Positions 46,763 to 61,383 of a stretch of DNA of 64,000 bases are shown here, piece after piece. Every line of letters begins with the position of its first letter. Within the stretch, counting starts at the first letter, position 1. The DNA is from Geosiphon pyriformis uo1. Taxonomy: Eukaryota > Fungi > Glomeromycota. Under the pieces are notes generated by a model. That model was not told the origin of the DNA, did no database searches, and saw only the letters and a program-made list of their open reading frames with translations. The stretch is from positions 761,326-825,325 of the forward strand of contig JAAOMT010000135.1 of assembly GCA_016748015.1 (NCBI GenBank). Reading direction: 5' to 3'. Made by a program: the position numbers and the translations under genes.

Positions 46763-49418
46763 ATATTAATTTGTAATACTAGAGTAGGCTCTTTTGTTTC
46801 CGCAAAAAGTAATCATGTAAAAAAAAAAGAAGACAATGCGAGGGAGCAAAAGGAAAGGTCTAAAATACATAGAAAAAGTAAATGGATATAAAAGCCTAAA
46901 GATAAAAGTATGAAAAAGACTTGTGCAATTTTTTCACTTGAAGGATACGCTGTCTCAAAAATTAAAAATGATGGAAAACCTAAAAACTTAGATATTCTAT
47001 GTAAAACGAGGAAAAAAGTGCAAAACTTTTCGCGAAAATAATATGTTGATCCAAAACTTTGTTGCCATTGTGTGGCACCAAACAGAAAGTCTACCATCAA
47101 TTCGTAAGAAAGAACCCTTGCCTGGATCCGTGAATCTCAATGGATTATCCAAACATTCATTAAAACTTGTAAGGTTTATGATTCATTTTCAAAAGAGGGA
47201 TACTCCGCAGATTTCTGATCTATTTGGTCTTTATTTCCACAAATAATATTTTGTATAAATTTTTACCAAAGTTTACTCTCACACATGATCCCCTTTACTT
47301 TGTTGCTAAACTGCAGCACCGTTTGGAATGCTCCTTTTCTTTGGATTAACAATAGTCAATACATGGAGGTTTTCTTCCCTCTCAGGAAATAAATACTCGG
47401 ACGTTATCGAAAGTTTATATTTTCAATCAAATTGCTAATATTTGATGCATTGTCATTTTTGATCAAAAATATTTAGCTGTTTTTCGCAATGAGGAGCAAA
47501 ATTTTTTTTGTCATTGTAATTATGTGCCGGATTTCACGTGATGTTAGATTTAATCTTTTTTTTTGGTTATTTTGAATCTATTTTCCCTTATCATGTTTCT
47601 ATGGATTTTATCGATAGTAAATTTTTAAAAAAAGCAGAGGGATTTAAAATTGATGTTTTGATTTCATTATAATGCGAAAAATGAGTTTAATTAAAAGAAA
47701 AACAAGAAAGAAAAAAAAACAAACAATGAAACAAAAAAGAATTCTGGGACTTATCATTTCCAGTTATGCGCCTCGATAACATGCAAGATGAATATGGAAA
47801 ATTTTAATAAGATGAAATGGCCTAAAAAAATTCGGAATCTAATTAGCATTCACATACCGATTCGCTCATTGTTGACAGTTTAAAAATCCCAAAAATAATT
47901 TTTTCTAATTTGAATTCCCAATTTTGAAAGAATTTCTCTCAAATGTTTGTAATACATGAATTGTGCTTTAAATAGTATTCATGCTAAACTTTTTTGGATC
48001 CTGGGAATCTTGGCGATTTTTTTCAGTGCTACAAACTTTTCTTTCACTATTTTTTTTTTTTTTAAAAAGTTCCCATTTATGAATTTATCATTATCACTAT
48101 TATTTTTATTTTTATTTTTATCAACAATGAATCATGATATGAAAAAATTCCTATTGCATTCTATTTTCTGATAAGTCTTAATTATCATCGACAATTATAA
48201 TTCGAAAAATGGAATTCTGCCAAAAATTATTCATGGGTGCAATCATTTACGGGTATTTACCCATTAAAAACTACCATTACCAATGGTGCAGCGGGGAAAT
48301 AAATTATTAACGATTAAATGCAACAAAGGAAATTAAAAAGAATAGTTTCTTATTCATATTTGAAGATCTTTAGTCCACCCTTCCATATAAAGATTCATAA
48401 TAATTAAAAAGGAAATCATTAGCACTTTTCTTTTATAATTAAAAGAAACGAGAAAAAGGTTGTTCCTGTTGCTCCTCTTCCTTTAACATAGTTCAAAGAT
48501 GATATTCTTTATCGCATTAGTAGAAAAATATACCTTTTTAAGAATTTTTTTAATTTTTAATACATGAAAAAAACGCTACCTTTTAACTTGTAAAAAGCCA
48601 GAAATTCGATTTGAAAATTTATCGGCGATAGTACATTTGTTATTCGCTCATTATTACCGAGATTTTTCATCATCCTTCTCTGGTATCATTACTTTTGAAA
48701 TGGTTGATAAAAATTAGGAGACAAAACTTCATTGCACCAATCCTGCACCCATAAGTTTTGAACAGGTAGAAATTTCAAGCGATTTGTTCATGTCTACAGT
48801 ATAATGCATGTGTCCATACAAACGGCGAATACCACGATTATCATGCAGTTAAAAGTGCAAGTGGATGGACACGTTGTAACCGGATTTCAAAATCATTACC
48901 AAAAAGAGCCTTCAAAAACCGGACATTGTAGTAAGAATGACGTTCTATCATGAAATTTTGACGTTTCTTACCAAGAAGGATGATGATGAAAATGATGATT
49001 ATGAGTTTATTTTTATCGTTTAGCTTCTTTTTATTGTGTGTACCCGGTGATGCGGCGGCGTATGTTAATCATAATTTCAAAAAAATTTGTGATATAATAA
49101 AAGGTATATATTATGCTTCTCACCAGAATTGATTTATACATCAATTAATGGTTTATTGTATTAAAATCTAGCTTCTAAAATTGGATAATAACATGTAATT
49201 TATTGCCCGAGGTTTGTGTTCCAAAACTTTTACTGGCCAAGTCATTCTATTTAGGTATGTAATTTTATATTCATATGTTCCTGTAGGTCAACTGTTCTGT
49301 TCCTCTCTATCTTCATTAATTCCTCTCCTTTTTTTTGTTCCCCTCTACCCTTTAAAAATACCACTCTTTAAACCCGACCCGTTGTCGTTCCTTGGGCTGG
49401 TCTTTAAAGAACTCCATT

Positions 49419-49470
49419 AACAACAACAACAACAACAACAATAATAATAATAATAACAAAACCACAACAA
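49419..49470. repeat. (AAC)n/(AAT)n microsatellite upstream of FKS1
   Basis: Directly visible. Further (ACC/AAC)n at ~49976-50030 and (AT)n at ~50322-50352. Confidence 0.9.
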
Positions 49471-50319
49471 AAACAACATCACTCCAAAATAAACCCCTAG
49501 TTACTCTTATCCTTTTACACGCGCGCGACTATCCCGACTACGACCACGGGCTCGAAAGTTCCTATTCCTGTTATTAACTAGTTAAGTGCGAACAAACCCA
49601 CTAACTCAGTTCTCCCTCTTCCCCATCACCTCTTTCTCAAATTTTTTTAAAGAACCTTTTTCTTTCTTTCTTTCTTTCTCACTCTCAACTAATTTTACAA
49701 TCACCTTTTTCTTTACCTAAAAAAGGTTACATTTTATAAGTTAGTCTTTCAAATCAACTTCCTAATAAAGTTCAAAAAAGGAGTTTTTTTTGACATCTCA
49801 ATAACAGAAACTGTTTATACATATCCCGGAAAAAAAACTTGAGATTCTATGTATGATCCTGAATTTGTGTTGTAGTCTCGAAACCAAAAATTTTCACTCC
49901 CTTCCCTTTCACATCAAACACCTGGACGCTTGTTATCTAATATAATAACCAAACAATTCGACAACTAAAAAAATAACCACCACCACCACCAACAACAATA
50001 ACAACAACAACAACAACAACCAAGTCGACAACAAATAAGAATCTAAAACCAAGAAGAAATCACCGTCAAGAAATTCCCGAAAGCCCAGACGAAAGAATCA
50101 AGTGTCCGTCCGTGACTGTATGTGCCTATCTTTGTGTACGTGTTTATGTGAGAGAGAAGCAAGGGTCATTTAATCTTTGGAAAAATTCAAGTATTATCAA
50201 ATTTCTTTCTTGCCAATTGTTTTTTATATATATATCACATTCTCCTCCTCTTTTCTACCTTTTCGCGTTTCTTATTTTTGGTGGTAAAATTTGAATAAAA
50301 AGTCTTATCTATTATAAAT

Positions 50320-50355
<36 letters not shown>

Positions 50356-50646
50356 TATATTTATTACGTTATTCAATTCCACATACGCACTATATTAAAC
50401 AAACGAAACGCCATCTTCGAATTTATATTGGATTTATCTTCTGACTTACTTTTTTATCTTCTTCTTTTTTTTTAATTATTACTATTATTATTATCGCCGG
50501 GATTCACACTTTGCCTGTCGATTGTATATAAAATTATTTGCATCTGATATATAAATATAGACTGGACCTTTCTCTTAACCAAGAATCAACATTGATCTTG
50601 TCTAAAAACCAAAAATTTAATTAAATATTCAATCCAAAAATTAAAA

Positions 50647-53600
50647 ATGGCCCAAAATTACAACCAACGAAGCAATTCTGGTAACTCTGGCTCTAGTAAC
50701 AGTAGTGATAGTAGTAGGATACGATACAATCATCACCAAATTGAACAGCAGCAGCAACAGCAACAACAATATCGACAACGATCATCGCCACATTCACCCT
50801 CTCGACATGAACCAGTATTACCACCGCCAATTCATCCTAATTATCAAAGGAATCCTAACCTTTCGCCAAATTTTCCTCATGCTGCTTACAACAACAACAA
50901 CAATTATTCACAACAACAAGGTTATTCTCGTTCACCTCCAAGTCAAGATAATGGATCTGCACAATATCATAATCACCCTAGCCCAAGGCTTGAAACACCA
51001 ACAACTCCTCTTCCTCAACAATACCTAACATCACCATCTACCACTTCACCTCGCTCTCCCTTTAATTATCCTCCTTATGCATCACGTGAACAATATCCAC
51101 CGCGTACGGTGAGTCAACCAGATCCAAAGGATGTGTACCCATTGGATGATATAAATGATTATTATGAGGATAGTGATTTGGACGATTATAATCTTGATCG
51201 AAGAACAAATCAACAACCCCCCGTAACACAAATTGCTTCCAATCAATATTATAATGGTGCCCGATATCTTGCTCAGGATGATCCTGCATACCCTGCTGAA
51301 GCTTATCCGGCTCAAACTGACCCAAATAGAGGTAAATTATTTTTTAAAATTCTCCAACAAATGTTTCTATGCATTCTATATCGTGATTCAACTTTTCTTT
51401 ATTTTTTTTCGTTAGGTACCTCTGAAAATCAGATGTCACCTTTTTATTCACGACCGACCAATGGTCAAGATCGAGCAGATGAAAATAATCGTAAGGGTAA
51501 GGGACGTGGTGAAGCAGATTCCGAAACAGAAACAGACAGCGTGAGTGATCTTACCCCGAATTCCGCGTATTCTGGTGAAGCCGACAATTATGATTATGGA
51601 GCTACGCGTGGGGTCGACGATTCAAGCCGCTATACGATGTACGCCTCATCACAAGATTCATTAATGCACGTATTAGACCCCAAAAAGCCTCAATATTATT
51701 CTCCCTCTCAAACCACTTACAATGGTGAAAATTCCTCGACGGCATCTGGACGTGAGACACCACAATACTATGGTCTAGATTATCCACATCTTCCACCTGG
51801 TAATCAACGCTCAAAGGAACCTTATCCAGCTTGGAGATCCGATGATCCTCAAATCCCTTGTTCAAAAGAAGAGATTGAAGACATTTTCCTGGATTTGACA
51901 AACAAATTTGGATTCCAGAAAGACAGCATGCGAAATATGTATGATCATTTAATGATAATGCTTGATTCACGTGCCTCTCGAATGTCTCCAGCACAAGCAC
52001 TTTTGACTTTGCATGCTGATTATGTTGGTGGAGAGAATTCCAATTATCGCAAATGGTATTTTGCCGCTCAAATGGACATTGATGATGCCCTTCACAATCC
52101 ACATAAGAATGGGATTCCGATCGCGCGACAAAATTTCGAAGACGTCCGAGCAAGCGAAGAGATGTGGAAAGAACGTATGAATTCAATGTCACAATATGAT
52201 CGTGTTCGTCAGTTGGCATTATTCTTGCTTTTGTGGGGTGAAGCCGCTCAGATTCGATTCACGGCGGAATGTCTCTGCTTTCTTTTCAAGGTGGCCGATG
52301 ATTATTACCGAAGTCCTGATTGTAAAGCAAAAGTACAACCGGTACCTGAGGGGGAATATCTCCGAAACGTTGTCACTCCACTATATCGCTTCATTCGTGA
52401 ACAAGGTTATGAAGTAATTGGTGGAAAATTCGTGAAACGGGAAAAAGATCATGCAGAAACGATCGGCTATGATGATATCAATCAATTGTTTTGGTACCCA
52501 GAATCGATTGATCGTATCAGACTACATGATCGTAAAACACGTCTAATGGCGATGCCACCTAGTCAACGATATCTTGTCCTGAGTCAGGTCGATTGGAGTC
52601 GCGCGTTTGAGAAAACTTACAAAGAAAAACGTACATGGCTTCATTTGGCCGTCAACTTTACTCGAATATGGATAATTCATGTTGCCGTTTTCTGGTATTA
52701 TACCGCGTACGTTGCTCCATTTCTCTACATGGACGAGAATTCAAAAGAACCGGCTGTTAAATGGTCCGTTGTCGCTCTTGGTGGGGCGGTGGCTACTCTT
52801 TTCATGATCGTCGGATGCATTTGTGAATTTTTCTTCATTCCATTGAAAGGTGCTAATGTAAATGGTTTGGTGCAAAGACTACTCATGCTGTTTATCATTC
52901 TGGTAATAAACGCCGCACCAACCTGGTATATAGTCAAGATCAAACGTACTGGATCAACCGCGCTGATGATTAGTCTAGGACAACTCTTTATCTCTTTAGT
53001 CACGACTCTCACTTTTGCCGTATTGCCGAGTTCCGCACTGTTCGGTGGGCCATCAATAACTTCAAGGAAAAGTTTACCTCGTCAAAGTTTTACCGGAAAT
53101 TACCCGCCGCTCAGAGAAAGAGATCGCATTCTATCGATTGGTTTATGGGTCTGTGTGTTTGGATGCAAGCTGATCGAATCCTACTTCTTCTTGTCACTTT
53201 CTTTCAAAGATCCATTGAAAGCTATGCATGGTATGAGGGTTCTTAATTGTGGTGATAAACTTGCTGGCAGTACCCTTTGCACCTACATGCCTGTGATGGC
53301 TATCGTAATCATGTTCTTCATGGATCTTGTATTGTTCTTTTTGGACACTTACCTTTGGTATATCATCTGGAATACAATCTTCTCTGTGACCCGTGCTTTC
53401 TACCTTGGAATCTCCTGTTGGACGTCTTGGAAAGTTATTTTCGCAATGTTGCCTAAACGTATATATGATAAAGTTTTGGCCACATCAAACATGGACATTA
53501 AATATAAGCCAAAAATCCTAGTATCTCAAGTTTGGAACGCCATCATCATTTCAATGTACCGTGAACATTTACTCTCGATTGAAAACGTTCAAAAGTTACT

Positions 53601-56600
53601 TTACCAACAGGTGGGTCAAAATCGATGATTTTCGTCGTCCGTCATTCATCACAAATTTCAATTGTCTAATATTTTTCCATTTTCTCTATCAAGGGCGGCT
53701 CTGAAGACGATGGAAAGCATGATCTAAGAGAACCAGAATTTTTTGTTGCTCAGGCTGCTAGTTCCAACAAAAGTAAATACTTTCCCGCATTAAGCGAAGC
53801 TGAACGTCGAATTTCTTTCTTCGCCCAGAGTTTATCAACCCCGATCCCTGAACCTCTCCCCATTCCCAGCATGCCCACTTTTACGGTATTGACTCCCCAT
53901 TATTCTGAAAAGATTCTTCTATCATTACGTGAAATCATTCGAGAAGAGGATCAAAATACTCGGGTCACTTTGCTGGAATACCTAAAGCAATTGCACCCAA
54001 TCGAATGGGATAATTTCGTCAAGGATACGAAAATTCTCGCCGAAGAACATAGTATGTACCCCGGAACTACTGGTTTCTCGGCATTTCCGAATATTTCAGA
54101 AAAGGACATTAAAAGCAAGAAGTTGGACGATTTGCCATTTTACTCTGTTGGTTTCAAATCTTCTGCGCCAGAGTTCACCTTAAGGACACGAATATGGGCT
54201 TCGCTACGGTCTCAAACCTTATATCGCACGATATCCGGCTTCATGAATTATTCAAAAGCTATCAAACTTTTATATCGTGTCGAGAATCCATCAGTTGTTT
54301 CAAGTTACGCCAATAATCCGGAAAAACTGGAGCGCGAACTGTCTTCAATGGCCCGTCGAAAATTCAAATTTTTGGTCACGATGCAGCGGTACAGTAAATT
54401 CAACAAGGAAGAACAAGAAAATGCCGAATTCTTGTTACGAGCTTACCCTGATCTTCAAATTGCCTATCTTGAAGAACAAGCACCGGAACAAGAAGGTCAA
54501 GAGAATAAGATATTTTCAGTCTTGATCGATGGTCATTGTGAGGTTCTTCCTGATGGTAAACGGAAACCCAAATATCGGGTTCAATTGCCTGGAAATCCAA
54601 TTCTCGGTGACGGCAAATCGGACAATCAAAATCATGCCATCATTTTTTATCGAGGCGAGTATCTTCAACTGGTGGATGCGAATCAGGATAATTATCTCGA
54701 GGAATGTCTCAAGATTCGAAACATTTTGGGCGAGTTTGAACAATTCGATGCCCCTCAAACTTCTCCCTATTCGCCCGCTTCAGAACCGGTCAACAAAAAC
54801 CCGGTGGCCATTGTGGGTGCTCGTGAATATATCTTTTCGGAGAATTACGGTGTGTTGGGTGACGTGGCCGCTGGCAAAGAACAGACTTTCGGAACCCTGA
54901 CGCAACGTATCATGGCAATGATAGGCGGTAAATTACATTATGGTCATCCAGACTTCTTGAATGCTATTTTCATGACGACTCGTGGTGGTATCTCTAAAGC
55001 TCAAAAAGGTTTGCATCTGAATGAAGATATTTATGCGGGAATGAATGCATTCTGTCGTGGTGGACGCATCAAACATACCGAATATTATCAGTGTGGTAAA
55101 GGTCGTGATCTTGGTTTCGGATCAATTCTCCATTTCACCACCAAGATTGGTACCGGTATGGGTGAACAGATGCTCTCCCGTGAATACTATTACATCGGCA
55201 CCCAACTTCCGTTGGACCGTTTCTTGACCTTTTACTATGCACATCCTGGTTTCCATGTGAATAACATATTCATCATCTTATCGGTACAACTGTTCATGGT
55301 TGGTATGATGTTTATTGGAGCTCTGGCCACCTCACTCACCCTCTGTGATTACAATCCTGACCCTCAAGCAAGACGAACCCCAGAAGGCTGTTACGATCTC
55401 GTACCGGTCTACGACTGGATAAAACGCTCAATCATTTCAATTTTCGTCGTGTTCTTCATTGCTTTCTTGCCCCTCTTTTTACAAGAATCGACCGAGAAGG
55501 GATTCCTTCGAAGCCTTACACGATTAGGGAAACATTTTATGTCACTCTCTCCATTCTTTGAAGTCTTTACCACGCAGATCTACGCCAATGCTATCATGAC
55601 CAATCTAAGTTTTGGTGGTGCTCGATACATCGCCACCGGTCGTGGATTTGCTACCGCTCGTATCCCATTCTCCATCTTGTATTCCCGTTTCGCCGGCCCG
55701 AGCATCTACTTTGGAATGCGGATCTTGCTAATTCTGCTCTTTGTCACCATGACCATGTGGATACCGCATCTCATCTACTTTTGGGTTTCTGTAATTGCTT
55801 TGTGCATCTCACCTTTCCTCTTCAACCCACATCAATTCTCCTTCACCGACTTCATCATCGACTATCGAGAATTTCTGCGATGGATGTCACGTGGTAACTC
55901 CAAAACGCATGCGAATTCTTGGATAGCGTATTGTCGGGTTTCAAGAACAATGATCACTGGTTATAAACGCAAAAGATTAGGACATCCTTCAGAGAAACTG
56001 GTTGGGGATGTATCTCGACCAAGTTTCGCGGTTATCTTCGTATCTGAAATTTTATGGCCATTCTTCACCGCCGTGCTTTGTGTGATTGCCTTCATGTTCA
56101 TTAAAAGTTTTGATCAACAGACACTGAACACTCCTAAAAAGGGCACAAGTGCTCTCATTCGTGTGGTCGTGATTGCCCTGGCTCCCATGTTTTTAAATGC
56201 GGTGATGCTGGCCAGTTTATTCCTCATTTCTGTATGCATGGGCCCTGTTTTCAATGGTTGTTGCGGTAGCAAATTCGGGGCGATAACCGCCGGCATTGCT
56301 CATTCGTGGGCTGTTGTCAATTTAATCGGCGCTTTCGAGGGATTATGGTATATCGAATCGTGGAAACTTAATCATGCAGTCCTAGGTATTATTGCTACAA
56401 CAGCTATTCAGAGATTTGTCTTCAAGGTGTTGATTACTTTGTTTTTGTCACGTGAATTCAAACATGATGAAACGAATCGAGCGTGGTGGACCGGTTCTTG
56501 GACTGGTCGAACTCTGGGTAAATCTGCGATCGTTCAACCATTCAGAGAGTATATATGTAAAATAGTGGAAATGGGTTTATTTGCCGCGGATTTTATTCTT

Positions 56601-56861
56601 GGGCACATTATATTATTCATGCTGGCACCTCTCTTACTGATTCCTGGTATAGACAAGATCCACTCGACAATGTTATTTTGGTTGAGACCTAGCAAACAGA
56701 TTCGTTCTCCGATATTCTCGATAAAGGAACGTTCGCGACGGAAGCGTATAGTTTGGACTTATGGGTTAATATTTTTGGGTATGATTGCTATTTTCGTTGG
56801 GTTAATAGCTGGGCCATTGATGGTTGGCTCGAAGGTCAAGAAAATTAATGTACCAATATGA
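50647..56861 (+). CDS. FKS1: 1,3-beta-glucan synthase catalytic subunit; introns at ~51332-51416 and ~53611-53693
   Basis: [12 protein letters not shown]; [10 protein letters not shown]; [23 protein letters not shown]; [11 protein letters not shown]; HYGHPDFLN; [13 protein letters not shown]; many transmembrane segments. Confidence 0.98.
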
Positions 56862-57883
56862 ATTTAAAGGAACAATAGGCTAATTAAGTAGTCAAATTTG
56901 GATTTTTTACCGATTCAAAGAACGTTGGACAATAATTTCATACGTCTTTTTCGGTCTTTTTTATTAATCACAGTCTAGTAGAATATGATTGATTTTTTTT
57001 TTTTGGGGGGGGGGGTCAAAAATGACACTTTTGATTTGACAAATTTCGTCTCTGTAATAATGTTTTCATCCCAACCTTTTTCCCATTCCCCTTGTTTTTG
57101 GTAATTGATTACTCTTAGAAATTCTAGTTATCATTTTAATATTTTTGTTTTTTGTTTTTTTGATCGCCAAATTTGGAAATTGTACGAATTTATTTTCTAT
57201 ATAATATTTAAATTATTTTTTAATCTCGTCAGATTTTGAAAAAGTTCACCAAATAAAATGCTTTGGTTCCTTTCATTTTTATATTGTGGTTGTTTTCTCT
57301 TTTTAATAATTAGTTTGATGATGGCATTTAACCAAAGTCAGAGTGAACCATTAAGAATCAATTGTTTTCTTATGAATTTCAAAACTTGAAAGTTTCTTTG
57401 GTCACTTCCCTTAATAAGAAAGATTTTCTCATATGGCCTTAGGGGAGATAGCACGTGAATCCAATTTCAAAATGAGTCTGACGATCAAGACACCATTACC
57501 TTTACCAAAAGAGAAATCTTGCAAACAGGTTCTCGGTTGGACATCTCTCAACCAATCATTGGGTAGACTCACATGCTGCTAATGTGACGATAACCGTTGT
57601 ATTTTTTCCAGGTGATCGGTTCTAATACATCTTAAATTAGTATGCCATCTTTGGCCAAGCTGTACGACTGTGTGTAAGGATTAAATCAAATTAGCATCAA
57701 CGGTCCTAGGCAAGATTTAGCCATTGATACACCAACACCTGATAAAGATTCAAGCTCTATGCATTTAAAAGAGTATTACGGTAGAATATTATTCAACTTC
57801 CATAACACCCATACAGCCCAAGTTTTGCGCGTAAAAGCAAACTTCAAATCAACTTCAACAGTTTGTTTTCACACCTTTTTCAA

Positions 57884-60800
57884 ATGTCGTTACTCAATGA
57901 TCCCGAGTAAGTTTTGTGATAAAGACTAGCAATGGAAGGGAGAACTGTGTATACGGTGTCATTTCCTTATAGTCGTTCCTCTTCCTTCCGCACATAACGA
58001 TCAAGCCGGAAAGAAGGCTGATTTTTTCTTGGTTTTCTAGGTACCTCGTCCATAACCTCCGAATCGGATATTTAAGACGGGTAGACGACCCGTATGCCAC
58101 ACAAATCATAAGTTTTTCACCAACGGTTTTATCAAATGACTACATCAAGATAGCAGCGTCGTCGTACCCAGAAATGCAAGAGTGTCATTCCCCGAACACG
58201 AGTATGCTCTTGTCGAGCTCTGGAGATTATTTTGACTTACGACCTTCTGGTAACGGTGCTGGTGTTTCTCCTATCTCTACCATCAACAGTGCTGGCGGAA
58301 AACGCACTAGAGGCTTAACCAACCAAAATAATCAAAACGGTTCAAGAGGACGAAGGAGTGATCCATTATCCGGGCAGAATACGCGTGACTCCGATGGCAG
58401 TAGAACGGTTAATGGGGAGACTGCAGATAGTGATGATGGAACAGATCCGGAAGTGGAAGATAACAAGTAAGTAAGGGAATAGTGGTGATCTCTAGCATAT
58501 TTCGAACATGTCTCGAATGGGCTCCTATCTGATCTAATAAGATCTGTGATCAAACATTCTATTGTTGTAGATACATCATCTTTTTGATTTCCTCTGTTAA
58601 ATCTTCGTCTCATGATCTTGTTATCTTTTTAGCAGACCACATCGTCACTCTTTCGCCAAACTCAATATCACGCATCCACCGACCAAAACACCGCCTCCTG
58701 TAGTCATAACATCTCCTTCAAAACCACCCAGGTCACGTCCTACATCGCGTAATCCTCACCTGGTTGGAATCTCATACTCACCGCCGTTGGCTGCTCTAAA
58801 AACATCACCCGACAGTATAATTGGCTTATCATCAACCGAACAAACTCCGATACTCTCACCCAACTCCTCACCAGAACTTGATAAGGAAATCATCAATGAT
58901 AGGCGTGGCTCCGAAGCATCAATGCTGACGGCGGATGAGGGGATAGAATTGCCACCTGATACTCCACCACCCCGGGCGAAATTATCCGAAGTGGAAGAAA
59001 AAGAATTCATCCCAGAAGCACCAAAATTTATTCGTAGGCCGAAAGCATTTTCGGCTCTTTCGACTCTGATTGAAAATCAAAAAACTAAATCGCGTAATCC
59101 ATTTAGCGAGGATTATAGCTTTTTTGCTGGTAAAGGTGAATTAAATCCGATGAAGCTCAAGATATTCTTCCCGTTCAGCTCTGAGCCACTACGCCCGCTT
59201 GTTCTTACGGTAAAACGCGAGGCCACCGTCGAAGAAGTAATTGGTTATGCACTTTATCAGTATTGGGAAGAAAAACGGGAACCGACGCTTGATGAACGAG
59301 TATGTAGTGTCGTTCACTGGAACATGAAAATAGTGGAAGATGACGGAGAAATCGATGAGGATTTTCCAGGTAAATTGATGATCGAATCTTGCTTATAGAA
59401 GGAAATCTTTTAAATCCCATCTTTACGTTTCGAGTGTTCCCTTTGTCAATTCACATTTCTGCACGATAATGGTCGATTTTCATTTCCCCACAGCTTTGGA
59501 CAGAACCAGTAAAATCTCCAAATTTCTTTTCAATCAATATGGCTTATGTGAAGCTCCTCCAGATCAAGGCAAGCCTTTCTTACTTTTATTATTATCAATA
59601 TTATAGATTGATCATCTTATCTTCATTCGGAAATACTAGTCATATCAAATCAACAGCTTCAAAAAACGAGGCTTCCGCCAAAAGAAGTCTTGTCTACGCC
59701 ACCTGTTTCAAAACCCAATAGGGATACGTCTGTACCTGTTTCGACAAAAACCGACACGATAGTCAACACAAACGGAATCATACCAATTGTGGCTGCTCCA
59801 GCCCCAGTGGATCTCAGCAACCAGGTTTTTCTTCGAGTACGGTTGACTCCGTATTCAGATTCCGAGGTTGCTCATACCACTACGATAAACGTCATGGGTG
59901 AACAACGCCTGTATGATGTCCTTGAGAATGTCTGTCGAAAACGCAAATTGGCTAGCAAAGAATATACCTTTAAGGGTACAGAAAAAAATCTATACTTGGA
60001 TTTGGAAAAGACGGTCGATAGTTTAGGAGTTAATCCCGAGCTTGCACTAGTTAAGAAACCACCGAATGGTAAGTCTATATATGCCATCCGTTTCTAAAGA
60101 GCATCAGACATTCGTCGAAACAGAAATCAAAAGAAACATTCCATGTTACCATGACTTTTATTTAGATTTCTCTAATAAAGAATTTTAATCATTATATTTT
60201 GCAGGTTTTCGGATGCCCTCAAAACAATCGCGAAAGACATTAGAAGAACCGATCTATGTATCTTCTACTGAGTACATGTCGGTTTATCAAGTAAGAAAAT
60301 GGCTGATCTAATAATATCTAATTGCCTAATCATCTCACTTGCCAAGTGACTAAAATCCGTACCACCCAATTATACTTGACAGAAATATACGGTAAATCGT
60401 AAGATGCCAATGTTTGTGGGCCGACATGAGCGATCACTTGCAATCGATGGTGATTACATCCACATAATGCCGTCCGAGTCGCGAACCATGTTCGACTCAA
60501 TGAAGACGGTAGGCCTACCCCTAAATTTTGGGTTCGCTGTTGTCTACTGATGTTGATTACCGTGGCCCCTGGGGCATTTGTGATTAGAAATTCGTCAATT
60601 CACAAAGGTTTTGCTTTATTCAAAACCAGTCCTCATATCACATCTCATCGGTTGCCTCGTGCAAGCTAACTAAGAAAGTTCCAACTAATTTCAAGTTGAT
60701 TATTTACCGAGATTCCGGGAATAAAACTTATGATTTTGAAGCCGCAGACTCGAAACAAGCTGGTATCTATCCGATCTTATTTCATCAAGTGAGATTCATC

Positions 60801-60912
60801 AATACACAAATTTTTATTAATTTTTATCAATATTGCTCCAGCTGAAATTTGCACCAAAGTAAAATTTCTAATGGGCCTTTACAAAGGCGAACAGAACAAA
60901 ACGCGATCATAA
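57884..60912 (+). CDS. SIN1: TORC2 subunit Sin1/Avo1 (CRIM, RBD, PH), multi-exon
   Basis: MSLLNDPE|YLVHNLRIGYLRRVDD; CRIM EATVEEVIGYALYQYWEE..IVEDDGEIDEDFP|ALDR; RBD DVLENVCRKRKL; PH KYTVNRKMPMFVGRHERSLAIDGDYIHIMP..YDFEA. Confidence 0.95.
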
Positions 60913-61383
60913 TTCTTACCATAATATCTCCTTCATTTTCTTCTTTCGATTGTACCCTATCCATCTTCCTCCCTCCTGTAACTTATTGACCCTAAATATA
61001 ACTAACCTCCCTTGTACAGTTTTTTTCTTTGCGTGTACCTGTAAATAAAAGTAAATAAAATCTTTAAAGAAATTTAAAGCTTTGTACGGCAACTTTTTGA
61101 CAAGAACGATTTAACTTTTTTCCCAGTTACGAATACCGCTGACAAAAATAAATTTCATCCACTGTAAATTATGATTTTTTCTATATATTATTGGGGCAAA
61201 GAAGTATTGGTCATTTCCTTTCGTCTTAAGATGGGTCAGAACCTCGAAAATGATTATGAATTCATCATTCTGATTGGGTGAGAATACGTTCTCCGATAGT
61301 AGTGGATGATTTATTGAACTTTCAAAGTCATTGATCCTAAATAAATAGGAGTTGGGTTTAAAACTATCTTCACCAGAAGAACA

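Noticed and set aside
46813-49600. Short hydrophobic ORFs upstream of FKS1
   Set aside because: They arise from T-rich low-complexity sequence, often with non-ATG starts, and show no splice or domain support.
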